A stretch of DNA of 64,000 bases from Candidatus Nomurabacteria bacterium (GTDB taxonomy: Bacteria > Patescibacteriota > Minisyncoccia > Phycocordibacterales > UBA9973). Within the stretch, counting starts at the first letter, position 1; every line of letters starts with the position of its first letter. Below, piece after piece: positions 18,654 to 28,187 of the stretch. The DNA lies in NCBI GenBank assembly GCA_052035195.1, contig JBPOHU010000001.1, forward strand, positions 13,713 to 77,712. The letters are read 5' to 3'. Both the position numbers and the translations under genes were made by a program. The notes below the pieces were generated by a model. That model searched no databases and was not told the origin of the DNA. It worked only from the letters and a program-made list of their open reading frames with translations.

Positions 18654-19997
18654 ATGTTTCGTGCCATAGCGCTATCTATCGCTATAGTTCTTGTTTCAGT
18701 AAGCATTTCTTACGCTAGTGTTCGTATCACTGAAATAGCATGGATGGGTAATACAGAGACTTCTTTTGGTGAATGGTTTGAGCTTTATAATGAGGGAGAT
18801 GAGAGTGTAGATCTTTCAGGTTGGAAGCTTTATGAAGATGGGGGAGAGCAAGTTGTTTTTACTCTTACAAAGAGTATTGACCCAAAAGGGTATTTAGTTG
18901 TTGAAAGAACAACCTCTACCAGTACAGATCCTGTTCCAGGTATAAGTGATGAATCAGGTACTTTTGGTGGCAGTGGATTTTCAAATACTGGTGAAAATTT
19001 AATTCTCAAAGATAAAGATGGTGTTTCTGTGCAGTCTTTAAATTTTATTTCTGGTTGGCCAGCAGGAAGTAGTGAGACCAAAGAAACAATGCAGTGGGAT
19101 GGAGCGTCTTGGGTAACAGCTAAATCTACACCAAAAGCCGGGCTTACTACTGATGTTGTTACTCCTGAACAGGTTGTAGCTTCGGGTGGTTCTGAATGGA
19201 TTCCTAAAAAAATAGAGCCAAGAATAGAGCTCTATATACCAAAGATAATTTATACAAAAGTAGCTTCAGAATATAATGCTGTAACTTTCTTAGATTATGA
19301 CAAAGCTTATTCAGGTGTTTTTCTTTGGAATATGGGTGATGGTACTACATACAGAAATACTTACCCTACAGAAATAAAACATACTTATAAATATCCTGGC
19401 ACTTATACTATCTCTTTTGCTTATTATAAAAATCCTTATGATAAAAAACCTTTTCTTTTAAACTTTTCTGAGCGTACAGTAGTAGAGCCTGTTGTTTCTC
19501 TAAGGATTATCAGTGATAAGGGGTTTGAATTTACAAATAGTAGTTCAAATACAGTTGATATCTCCGGATGGTTTGTTTTGCTCGAAGGAGTTTCAAATCC
19601 AAAAGATTCAATATTGGAAATCCCACCTATTACTTTTATTGCTCCTAATAAATCTATTATTATGCCATTTAGTTCTTTTGGATTATCAGAAGTTCCTAGT
19701 GGTGCCACCCTTCAAACTCCTGAGCGAAATAGTGTTACCGAAGAAACATCTTCTGTGGTAAAAAATCAAAATATTGTTGCCCCAAAGCAAAAAGTTATAG
19801 AAAATCAGTATCAAGATGAAATTGTTACAAAAAATAATTTTACAGCTAGCGTCACAACAGAAGGATTAGAAAATAAAGAAATTAGTGATAACCAAAAACA
19901 AAACAACACCAAGATTTTTATTTTTGGTGCTGTTTTACTAGGTGTTATTATTTTATTTTTGTTTGTAAATAGGTTTATTGTGTCGCGGGAAGAGTAG
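18654..19997 (+). CDS. Membrane-anchored protein with two lamin-tail-domain (LTD)-like modules
   Basis: Signal peptide. VRITEIAWMGN..GEWFELYNEGDESVDLSGWKL matches the LTD signature. A second, weaker copy (TNSSSNTVDISGWFVLLEG). C-terminal TM anchor IFIFGAVLLGVIILFLF. Confidence 0.6.
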   Translation: MFRAIALSIAIVLVSVSISYASVRITEIAWMGNTETSFGEWFELYNEGDESVDLSGWKLYEDGGEQVVFTLTKSIDPKGYLVVERTTSTSTDPVPGISDESGTFGGSGFSNTGENLILKDKDGVSVQSLNFISGWPAGSSETKETMQWDGASWVTAKSTPKAGLTTDVVTPEQVVASGGSEWIPKKIEPRIELYIPKIIYTKVASEYNAVTFLDYDKAYSGVFLWNMGDGTTYRNTYPTEIKHTYKYPGTYTISFAYYKNPYDKKPFLLNFSERTVVEPVVSLRIISDKGFEFTNSSSNTVDISGWFVLLEGVSNPKDSILEIPPITFIAPNKSIIMPFSSFGLSEVPSGATLQTPERNSVTEETSSVVKNQNIVAPKQKVIENQYQDEIVTKNNFTASVTTEGLENKEISDNQKQNNTKIFIFGAVLLGVIILFLFVNRFIVSREE

Positions 19998-20742
19998 TAG
20001 GTGGTACCTCAGGAGTAGTTTCAGTTGTATCTTCTACTGTGATATCTGTTTCTGTTACTAAATTTAAATCAGAGGTTAGTTGTTCTATTTCTTTAGATAT
20101 AATCTTATTTTCTTCAGCAGAAACCTTCTCTATAGTAGCATCGACTGCTTTTAATGCGTCACTTTGATCTTCTGTACTACCATCAACTATGTACTTCTGG
20201 ATATCTTCTTTTTGATTTTTAAGACTTTGTTCAAGTGTAGCAGTTACTTTTAGGGCCTCACTCGGCTCTGCGTCAGATAGAGTACCAAGCTCTTTAGAAA
20301 AATCTTTTATATGAGTATCTAGAGCTCTTTGAGCAGTCTCTTGTTTTGCTTTAGTAAGAGTTTTTGAAGCCGCCAAAGTCTTTATTTCACTTAATCGATT
20401 ATCAATACGAGTACTTTGCCATGAGAGTTTTTCTTCAGGAGTTGTTAAGAAGGCACCTTTAACTTCTTCGTTAACATTTATTTTGAAAGAGTATAGAGGG
20501 TCTCCCGGAAGAGAATTATCAGCTACAACAGAAACACTTCCTCCAACAAAGACAACAAATAGGAAAGTAGATAGACCTATTCTTAAGCCATGTTGTATCC
20601 CTCTGTGGAATATTGAAACAACAGGAGTTGATCGAGATATTTGAATATTTCTAGCAATAGAAGCACGAAGAATAGCACGCTCATCATTAGAGAGGTGTAT
20701 GTCTTTAAACATCTTTAATTGTTCGATTTTTTTCTCAATCAT
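19975..20742 (-). CDS. Putative anti-sigma factor / membrane protein with periplasmic coiled-coil domain
   Basis: Overlaps the stop of the upstream ECF sigma gene by 8 nt. Single TM helix (LSTFLFVVFVGGSVSVV), then a helical ectodomain. Confidence 0.4.
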   Translation of the reverse strand: MIEKKIEQLKMFKDIHLSNDERAILRASIARNIQISRSTPVVSIFHRGIQHGLRIGLSTFLFVVFVGGSVSVVADNSLPGDPLYSFKINVNEEVKGAFLTTPEEKLSWQSTRIDNRLSEIKTLAASKTLTKAKQETAQRALDTHIKDFSKELGTLSDAEPSEALKVTATLEQSLKNQKEDIQKYIVDGSTEDQSDALKAVDATIEKVSAEENKIISKEIEQLTSDLNLVTETDITVEDTTETTPEVPPTTLPATQ

Positions 20743-21253
20743 AAATTGTTTCGTTATAGCGACCTTTAAGTTTTTGGATAATTCTATGAATACGAACAGT
20801 CATAGCATTGACGCTTTTGCCGTATAAGCTCGCAATTTCTTCGATAGGTTTTTCTTCTGTGTATCTAAGGAAAATAATTTGCTTACTTTCTTCATCTAGC
20901 TCTTCGAGTAGCCCTTGAACCATTTTGATATCATCATTTCTGAATATTTCATCAGTATGAGTATTTGTTTCTGGGTCAAAACCATTTTCAAGTAGGGAGT
21001 CTAGAGAGGAACTTTTGCTCTTTTTGTAATAATCAATAACAGCATTTTTTGCTATTCGATAGACGAATGCTTGTTCGTGTAGCACCTCTCCTCCTTTGGC
21101 TAAATAGCCCCAAAGCCTTACAAAAGTGTCTTGGGTGATATCTAGGGCAATATGGCGAGAGCCAACACGAAAGAAAACAAAGCGAAATATCGCATCTTGA
21201 TATTCTTCAAATAGCTTGGAAAATAAGGCTTGTTGTTCGTTTTCGCGATTCAT
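20735..21253 (-). CDS. ECF-type RNA polymerase sigma-70 factor
   Basis: Region 2 (QDTFVRLWGYLAKG..AFVYRIAKNAVIDYY) and region 4 HTH (EIASLYGKSVNAMTVRIHRIIQKLK). Start taken at the internal ATG (MNRENEQ). Confidence 0.75.
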   Translation of the reverse strand: MNRENEQQALFSKLFEEYQDAIFRFVFFRVGSRHIALDITQDTFVRLWGYLAKGGEVLHEQAFVYRIAKNAVIDYYKKSKSSSLDSLLENGFDPETNTHTDEIFRNDDIKMVQGLLEELDEESKQIIFLRYTEEKPIEEIASLYGKSVNAMTVRIHRIIQKLKGRYNETIYD

Positions 21254-21346
21254 AGAACGATTCAATCTTAGTGACGAAGTAAAGCCACAGATATTACATA
21301 TTATACACAACATTTTGTTTTAAAGCATATTTGCTATAATAGCCCA

Positions 21347-22549
21347 ATGAATAAGGACCAAAATCGTAAAAAAGTCGTGATTATTGGAGGCGGTTTTGGG
21401 GGTATAGCAGTAGCAAAAAGACTACAAAATGTTGCAGATTTTGATGTCGTTTTGATTACTAAAAACCCGTTCTTTGAATACTACCCAGCCTTGTATAAAC
21501 TTGTTACAGGGGCTCTTGCTATTGAGGTTTGTGTACCTTATGACAAGATTTTTAAGAAAAATAGCAATATTAGTGTTATTCAAGGATTTTATGAGTCTTA
21601 TGATAAAGATAAAAAGATAGTCAGCCTGCTCGATGGCCAAAGTTTCGAATATGATTATTTGGTTTTAGCTATGGGAAGCCAGACAAATTATTTTAATATT
21701 CCTGGTATTGAAAAGTTTGCATTTTCTTTCAAGTCAGCAACTGAGGCGTTGGCGCTCAAACAGCACTTTCTAGATGCTCTTGAGGGATCAAATAATATTA
21801 CTAAAGAAGAATTAATAAAAAAATTCCATGTTACTGTTGTTGGAGGTGGACCATCAGGAGTAGAACTAGCAGGAGACATCACTACTTATCTTAGAGAAAT
21901 GACAAAAAAGTATCATGTTGATCCTAGTTTTGTCACCGTAGATCTTATAGAGTCAAACCCTCGTGTTCTTGCCATGCTTCCTCCTTCTGTTTCCAAAAAA
22001 GCAGAAGCTAGACTTCGTCGCCTCAAGGTTAATATATATACAAACAGAGCTCTTCAAGCTCAAGACTTGGACAATGTAACAGCAAGTGGTATGACAATGA
22101 GATCAGGCACAGTTATTTGGACCGCCGGTACAAAAATAAGTGATTCTTTTACTGGACTTACTCTCGACTCAAAAAAACGAGTAACTGTTAATCCTGATTT
22201 TTCAATTCCAGATGATCAAAATGTTTTTATTGTTGGAGATGGAGCTAGTGCTCCAGGAACTGGTCTTGCTCAAGGAGCTATAACTCATGGTCAATATCTA
22301 GGAGATTTTCTTAAAGCAAAAATAAAAAATAAAAATATCAAACCTTTTAAATCAAAAGCTATGGGATACCTTGTGCCTATTGGAAACTCTTGGGCAGTAT
22401 TTAGTTATAAAAAAATAACAGTAACAGGTTTTATACCATGGCTGATGAGAAGTTTCGTAGACTTCCAGTATTTTACAAGCATCGTGCCACTCTCTTATGT
22501 ATTTAGCGTCTTTAAACAAGGTAAAAAATATAGAAAAGGAGAGTGTTAA
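21347..22549 (+). CDS. ndh: Type II NADH dehydrogenase (NDH-2) / FAD-dependent pyridine nucleotide-disulfide oxidoreductase
   Basis: Two Rossmann GxGxxG motifs (VVIIGGGFGGIAVA and VTVVGGGPSGVELAGD). About 400 aa. Confidence 0.75.
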   Translation: MNKDQNRKKVVIIGGGFGGIAVAKRLQNVADFDVVLITKNPFFEYYPALYKLVTGALAIEVCVPYDKIFKKNSNISVIQGFYESYDKDKKIVSLLDGQSFEYDYLVLAMGSQTNYFNIPGIEKFAFSFKSATEALALKQHFLDALEGSNNITKEELIKKFHVTVVGGGPSGVELAGDITTYLREMTKKYHVDPSFVTVDLIESNPRVLAMLPPSVSKKAEARLRRLKVNIYTNRALQAQDLDNVTASGMTMRSGTVIWTAGTKISDSFTGLTLDSKKRVTVNPDFSIPDDQNVFIVGDGASAPGTGLAQGAITHGQYLGDFLKAKIKNKNIKPFKSKAMGYLVPIGNSWAVFSYKKITVTGFIPWLMRSFVDFQYFTSIVPLSYVFSVFKQGKKYRKGEC

Positions 22550-22554
22550 ATAAA

Positions 22555-23307
22555 ATGAATTCAAAAGAAACAAAATGGGACAATGTGGCATCTTGGTACG
22601 ATAAATATCTCGGAGGAGAAGATACTTACCAGTCAAAAGTTATAGCTCCAAACCTACTTAGAATGCTTTCTATAAAAAAGGGAGACAATGTCTTAGATCT
22701 TGCTTGTGGACAAGGGTATTTTTCAAGACTGGTCAAAGACCAAGGCTCTAGTGTGATAGGGGTGGATCTTTCTGAAAAATTGATAAAAATAGCTAAAGAG
22801 AAAAATTCAGATATTGATTTTGTAGTAGCGAGCGCAGAAAATACAAAACTCAAAAAAGATTTTTTTGATAAAGTTTTCACTGTTTTAGCTTTTGAAAATA
22901 TTAAAAATATAGATGAAACAGTAGGAGAGATAAAGCGTGTTTTGAAAAATAACGGATCTTTTACACTAGTAATGCTTCATCCAGCTTTTAGGATTCCACA
23001 GTATTCAGACTGGAATTTTGATCAAAAAAAAGAAATTCAATACAGACGAGTAGACAAATATTTATCTGAAATAAAAATAAGCATAGAACTAAATCCTCAT
23101 AAAGGTAGAAGTGAAGCATCTTCTGTTACCTTCCACAGGCCTCTTCAGTGGTACACAAAAATATTTAAAAAACATGGTTTGGTTATCACAAGTATTGAGG
23201 AGTGGATATCTCATAAAAAAAGCCAAATAGGACCAAGACAAAAAGCAGAGGATACTGCTCGTAAAGAATTCCCAATGTTTATTGCTTTAGAGCTCAAAAA
23301 GAGCTAG
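22555..23307 (+). CDS. Class I SAM-dependent methyltransferase
   Basis: Motif I VLDLACGQGYF and motif post-I VIGVDLS. Start taken at the ATG (MNSKE). Confidence 0.7.
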   Translation: MNSKETKWDNVASWYDKYLGGEDTYQSKVIAPNLLRMLSIKKGDNVLDLACGQGYFSRLVKDQGSSVIGVDLSEKLIKIAKEKNSDIDFVVASAENTKLKKDFFDKVFTVLAFENIKNIDETVGEIKRVLKNNGSFTLVMLHPAFRIPQYSDWNFDQKKEIQYRRVDKYLSEIKISIELNPHKGRSEASSVTFHRPLQWYTKIFKKHGLVITSIEEWISHKKSQIGPRQKAEDTARKEFPMFIALELKKS

Positions 23308-23331
23308 ATTGTCAGCTATTTTTGTGATAGT

Positions 23332-23577
23332 ATGTCGGATATGTTTGGACTAAAAAAGATGCTCACAAATAAGCTGCTCGAAAGACAGCTCAAAAGTTTA
23401 CCAGAAGCTCAAAGAGAGGCTATTTTGAAAGCTGTTAATGAAAACCCTGATTTTTTTAATAAGTTAGCTAAGGAAATTGAGGCAGAAAAAAAGTCTGGTA
23501 AAAGTGAAATGGCTGCTTCTATGGAAGTCATGAGAAAGCATCAAGGAGAAATCCAAAAGATAATGATGGGTAAATAG
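23332..23577 (+). CDS. Small charged helical protein (81 aa), hypothetical
   Basis: ORF followed by a strong intrinsic terminator. Confidence 0.35.
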   Translation: MSDMFGLKKMLTNKLLERQLKSLPEAQREAILKAVNENPDFFNKLAKEIEAEKKSGKSEMAASMEVMRKHQGEIQKIMMGK

Positions 23578-23596
23578 TACTTTGTTTGTTCAAAAA

Positions 23597-23626
23597 AGCT
23601 ACATAAAAATTATGTAGCTTTTTTGT
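23597..23626 (+). terminator. Intrinsic terminator
   Basis: AGCTACATA-AAAAT-TATGTAGCT hairpin followed by TTTTTT. Confidence 0.55.
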
Positions 23627-23717
23627 TGCACTAATATTTGTATATAGTAAAATATAGTTGCAATATTTGCGTATGCTCAGCTCAAAATATACATTTACTT
23701 TTGTTTCTCGTAAAAAA

Positions 23718-24413
23718 ATGAAATCACTTAAACAAAAAAGTGATGTTTCTTCTACCAGGTCTCTTATTTCTGAGAAAAAGAATATTTCAGAAATCAAAAA
23801 TAGTGAATCAGATGTAGATGCAAATAGAAGAGCTTTTCTTAAAATAGCGGGATTAACAGGGCTTGGTGTTGCTGCAACTGCATTATTTCCAAAAAGTGCC
23901 AGTGCATATGTAACAGGTAGTACTCCAACCTCAAATGTTGTTGGTTCTAAAGACGCATCAAATAATCGTATAAATCCAGCGAAAGAAGATGGTAATCTTG
24001 CGACAATCGCAGGTAAAGACTTTGCAACCCAGACGACATTAGCAGCAATGAAGGCCAAGACAGACCTACTTACGTTTGATGGGAGTAACAACCTTCTAAC
24101 TGCTAGTAGTGGAGGTGCTTCAGTTGTTGGTATAAAAGATTCAAATGATGTTCGTATTAACCCTGCTCAAGACGACAGCGTTGTTTTACTTCGTCGCATG
24201 GTTAAGCTTATGGAGTCGCAAGCAGTTGTTGATAGTCAAATGCGACAAAGAGTTGTGGTTGATACTGGAGCAATTGTTGTATCTGGTTCTGTTACAGTGG
24301 CAACCATAACATCACTCAGTCAGCTTGCAGGTGTTGATTCTCGTTGGCAGATAATAGATTGGTCTAGACAAGCGTATAATAGTGGTATTCGTGGTAATTT
24401 GATTAATTCATAG
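23718..24413 (+). CDS. Predicted Tat-exported protein with internal 25-aa repeats
   Basis: Twin-arginine motif NRRAFLK, hydrophobic h-region IAGLTGLGVAATALF, and an AxA site (SASA-Y). The mature part is Gly/Ser/Thr/Val-rich with two repeats (VVGSKDASNNRINPAKEDG / VVGIKDSNDVRINPAQDD). Start chosen at ATG 23718. Confidence 0.6.
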   Translation: MKSLKQKSDVSSTRSLISEKKNISEIKNSESDVDANRRAFLKIAGLTGLGVAATALFPKSASAYVTGSTPTSNVVGSKDASNNRINPAKEDGNLATIAGKDFATQTTLAAMKAKTDLLTFDGSNNLLTASSGGASVVGIKDSNDVRINPAQDDSVVLLRRMVKLMESQAVVDSQMRQRVVVDTGAIVVSGSVTVATITSLSQLAGVDSRWQIIDWSRQAYNSGIRGNLINS

Positions 24414-24416
24414 TAT

Positions 24417-27296
24417 ATGGCAATTACAAATAATCTTAAAAAACAAGTTGATTTGCCTGTATGGGAATGGTGTAGATTTGCCCCAACAGCAACAACTGCT
24501 GTTTCTTCTATGACAACGGGTAATACTTTACAAAATCGATACTTGTATTATCAGGTTTCAAGTTTACTGTACAGGTATGATACACATGCAGATTCTTGGC
24601 ATCAACTTGCATCAGCTCCAGTTACGGCGCCGACTATCATGAATAACAATGTGATGACAAATTCTATTGGTCACTTTGGACAAGCAATATCTGGTGGTTT
24701 GAATACTATTCAAATGGCAGGACTTTCAGGTCAGGTGCTTGTGGGACAGAAGATTAGAATCATCGGCGGGACAGGAGCAGGTCAAGAAAAAACAATCACC
24801 GCTGTCTCCGCTCCTACATTTCATGAGCGTGGCATGGTAACAACAGCAAGTTCTACACAGGTTATCGATGCTTCAACAGGAGTCGGACTGAAATTATGGA
24901 AAAATAATCAATGGAAAAATTATCAGGTACGTATCGACTGGGGGACAGGAAGAACACAACTTCGAAACATTTTATACAATACACAGAACACACTCACATT
25001 TTCTGATGTAAACCATGTCACCATCAACCCGTGGGCAAACTGTCCACTCGCAGTTGCTACTGTTGCCAACTCTTCATTTTTTGTTATCGAAAGTCATCAG
25101 GTGACTGTAGATACTAACTGGTCAGTAATACCAGACGAGACCTCGAGCTTCATGATTTTATCTGGTGGTATTTGGAATGTGACTCAAGGTACCACGTCTG
25201 CACCATTCTTTTCATTCGCATATTACGACAGGCTTGCAGATGTTTGGTATCAAAAATCTACTCAGTCTGGTCTCAAAACTGCAGTGTTCCTAGCGGGTTC
25301 GGATTTGCAAATGGAGCGCATGACGGAAAATGGTGGTGCAATTTTTACTGAGACAGCATCAGGTGGAGGTGCACGGTATATTACCGCTACCGCAGTATTA
25401 ACCCCGATGGCGTTTGCAAACTTTGAAATTCGAATTGTGGCAGGGACTGGTGTGGGGCAATCGCTTTCAATCCTCAGTAATACAGCGACACGGATCAACG
25501 TGACTCAAGACTGGGATACAAATCCAGATGCTACTTCTGTGTATGAAATATGGAGAGACGTAGGAAAGATATGGCTTATTGGTGGAAACGACGCAGGTAT
25601 GCTTCAGTATTCACAAGACACAGATCAGTGGTCAACAGGTAAACAACTCGATAATGGTCAATGTAATCAGCTTGCTGCAAAAAAGAGTGGAGACAATCCT
25701 ATTGCAATAACTTCGATTACACGCTCACCCGCAGGTATTACAGTGTTAAATTCTACTCCTATTGCAGGAGGAAGTGCGTATAATATTAATGATATACTTA
25801 CGATTACTACCGGTGGTACCGGAGGAACTGCACGAGTTACAGCAGTTTCGAGTACTGGCGCTGTAACAGCGGTTAGCCTCGAAACAGTAGGTACCAACTA
25901 CACAACAGGCACAGGAAAAGCAACAACTGTAGTTCCAACAGGAGGTACTGGATGTACTCTCGATATTACCTCAATTGATTTTATTGAAACAGCGGTGACT
26001 CCGATTGCTCATAATTATAAAATAGGGGACACTGTCACTATCACTGGGGCGACGGGAACTGGGGCATCAAAATTTAATGGAACATACACAGTCACTGGTA
26101 TTCCAACTCCTACAACCAACCTTTCTTTCACATATTGTTCTGTAGGAGATCCTGGTGCTGCTACAGCAACTATTGGAGCATCACCGTCTACTACTCAACT
26201 TGTAGATTGTACTAAGAACTGGGTAGTTAATGAGCATGTAGGAAAGATCGTACAACTATCAACCAATGCAATCTTGTCAGTAGGACAGGCTAGAAGAATT
26301 GTTTCCAATACTGCTACAACACTTGTCTGGACGCTCGCTGCAACTGCACCTGTAAACGGTACAACAAAATACATAATAGAAGATATTAAACCATTTGGTA
26401 CCGATAGAATGTCTAAAGGAGAAACTACAGGGACAGAAGGTTTTGCCACATCAGGATCTACGACAACCATTGTCGATACATCAAAAAACTGGGAGACAAA
26501 TTACTGGTCACGAACAGTTAATAGAAAAGTCAGAATTGTAGAGGGAACAGGAGTTGGTGCTGAAATTGCAATTACTTCTAATACTTCAAACACGCTCACT
26601 TTTGCTGCTCAATCATTTACGGTAGATACTACAACTCGATATATAATAATGGATACTTTTGGCACAGCAACAAGTGGCACAACAACAACCCTAGTTGATT
26701 CTGGTCAGAACTGGGAAACTAACTATTGGGTAGGAAGTCGTGTTCGCTTCTTGTCTGGAACAGGGCAAGGTAATGAATACGCTATTACAGCTAATACCTC
26801 AACTACACTGACATTTGCCACAGGTACTGCCCCTGATACTTCAACTGCTTATGCAATTCTCGAAGCTACACCAAAAGCAAACGGTATACATCTTGACTGT
26901 ATTACAGGGTCAACTGATACTACTCTAAATAGTAACTACATGTATGCTTGGACAGGAACAGCAACTTCAGAACTTTCTCGCTATAATATTCATACTGAAC
27001 ACTGGGAAACTTTGTCATACTTTCCTCAGACGGAAACCATGACAACGGGTGCCATGTATGTGTACGACGGAGAAGATAGAATATATTATATTCAAGGTAT
27101 TACTACTCTTGCAAAATTAATGTACTATGATCTAGTGAAAAACATCGTTGTTCCAGCTTCTCAGCCACCATATGGTATGGGAGCTGCTGTGTCTGGGAAC
27201 CGTATTGAGATAGTTGAGACTGAAGATGGATTAAAATACCTGTACCTCATGAGACATTCTGGTACTGAGATATGGAGGACATTATTATATTGGTAG
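24417..27296 (+). CDS. Large (959 aa) Thr/Gly-rich protein with about six copies of a roughly 65-aa repeat; no signal peptide
   Basis: Starts 4 nt after the stop of the upstream Tat-signal gene. Repeat pattern TTLVDxxxNWETNYWxGxxVRxxxGTGxGxEYAITxNTSTTLTF. Kelch-like strands near the C-terminus (MYVYDGEDRIYYIQG). Confidence 0.5.
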   Translation: MAITNNLKKQVDLPVWEWCRFAPTATTAVSSMTTGNTLQNRYLYYQVSSLLYRYDTHADSWHQLASAPVTAPTIMNNNVMTNSIGHFGQAISGGLNTIQMAGLSGQVLVGQKIRIIGGTGAGQEKTITAVSAPTFHERGMVTTASSTQVIDASTGVGLKLWKNNQWKNYQVRIDWGTGRTQLRNILYNTQNTLTFSDVNHVTINPWANCPLAVATVANSSFFVIESHQVTVDTNWSVIPDETSSFMILSGGIWNVTQGTTSAPFFSFAYYDRLADVWYQKSTQSGLKTAVFLAGSDLQMERMTENGGAIFTETASGGGARYITATAVLTPMAFANFEIRIVAGTGVGQSLSILSNTATRINVTQDWDTNPDATSVYEIWRDVGKIWLIGGNDAGMLQYSQDTDQWSTGKQLDNGQCNQLAAKKSGDNPIAITSITRSPAGITVLNSTPIAGGSAYNINDILTITTGGTGGTARVTAVSSTGAVTAVSLETVGTNYTTGTGKATTVVPTGGTGCTLDITSIDFIETAVTPIAHNYKIGDTVTITGATGTGASKFNGTYTVTGIPTPTTNLSFTYCSVGDPGAATATIGASPSTTQLVDCTKNWVVNEHVGKIVQLSTNAILSVGQARRIVSNTATTLVWTLAATAPVNGTTKYIIEDIKPFGTDRMSKGETTGTEGFATSGSTTTIVDTSKNWETNYWSRTVNRKVRIVEGTGVGAEIAITSNTSNTLTFAAQSFTVDTTTRYIIMDTFGTATSGTTTTLVDSGQNWETNYWVGSRVRFLSGTGQGNEYAITANTSTTLTFATGTAPDTSTAYAILEATPKANGIHLDCITGSTDTTLNSNYMYAWTGTATSELSRYNIHTEHWETLSYFPQTETMTTGAMYVYDGEDRIYYIQGITTLAKLMYYDLVKNIVVPASQPPYGMGAAVSGNRIEIVETEDGLKYLYLMRHSGTEIWRTLLYW

Positions 27297-27302
27297 AATT
27301 AT

Positions 27303-28166
27303 ATGGACATAAATTATCTTATACAATTACTAGGGAATAGATTAAATGGATTAAATCTTGCAAAAGATCAAGCTTTTTCATCTGGAGATTTGGAGAGGAT
27401 AAACACAATAGATGCTGAAATTTTGGAAGTTAAAAATACTATTTCTAAACTAAATTTAGTAGCAAGTATTGAACAAACTGCCGCAGCTACACCTTTTACG
27501 GAGGCTCAGGTTGTACAAAATGGCATTGAAGCATCTTTTAATCCAACAGTTATTACAGATGCAACAAAATGTTTGCTTGAATATGATATTACTCCTTATG
27601 CTACAGATCCAATGCACGAATTAAAAATACAAAATATCCTTGAAAAGATGGGGTTAATGGATTCTCCAGATAAGGTAGATTTTTATATAAAGAAAACAAG
27701 TCCGGATAGTCCATTAGATGGTCTTATGGTATGGAATGCTTCAACTCAGTATTTAGTGGATGTTCGTCTTATGCTCGCACTGATGGAGCTTGATTCTCGT
27801 TTTGGAACTCTTGGCCTAGCAACAAGTACTTTTAATCCAGGTAACGTAGGTAATGATGGTGTAAATACAAAAACATATGATTCTTGGAATGATGGTGTAT
27901 TAGCAGTAGCAATGTGGTTAAATACACATAGAAAAAATAATTTAACTAATACCGACACTATTGATGTTATTCCTGCTCCACAACAAGAGCCTGTACAAAT
28001 TATAGAACCTGTGAATGTTGAAGTTCCAAAAGATACTAATCCTATAGTAGAAGCAGCCCCAGATGAACAAAAAGAAATAATACCTGAAATAGTCCCTGAT
28101 ATAGCCCCCACTCCTCCTGAAACTACTATATCAGAACCGAACACAGAGGTATTAGTAGGAGAGTAA
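27303..28166 (+). CDS. Hypothetical protein with weak lysozyme-like motif and Pro/Glu-rich tail
   Basis: Central segment LMLALMELDSRFGTLGLATSTFNPGNVGN loosely resembles the Glu-Ser..FNP catalytic region of SLT/lysozyme-like folds. C-terminus is low-complexity (PEIVPDIAPTPPETT). Confidence 0.3.
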   Translation: MDINYLIQLLGNRLNGLNLAKDQAFSSGDLERINTIDAEILEVKNTISKLNLVASIEQTAAATPFTEAQVVQNGIEASFNPTVITDATKCLLEYDITPYATDPMHELKIQNILEKMGLMDSPDKVDFYIKKTSPDSPLDGLMVWNASTQYLVDVRLMLALMELDSRFGTLGLATSTFNPGNVGNDGVNTKTYDSWNDGVLAVAMWLNTHRKNNLTNTDTIDVIPAPQQEPVQIIEPVNVEVPKDTNPIVEAAPDEQKEIIPEIVPDIAPTPPETTISEPNTEVLVGE

Positions 28167-28187
28167 AGTTCTTAGTTAGTTTATATC

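Noticed and set aside
24417-28166. Prophage tail-fibre plus lysozyme interpretation of the 959-aa repeat protein and the 287-aa protein
   Set aside because: No capsid, terminase, portal, integrase or other phage genes are nearby. The neighbours are a Tat substrate and tatC/tatA. The lysozyme-like resemblance is weak, so I kept the Tat-linked surface-module hypothesis instead.
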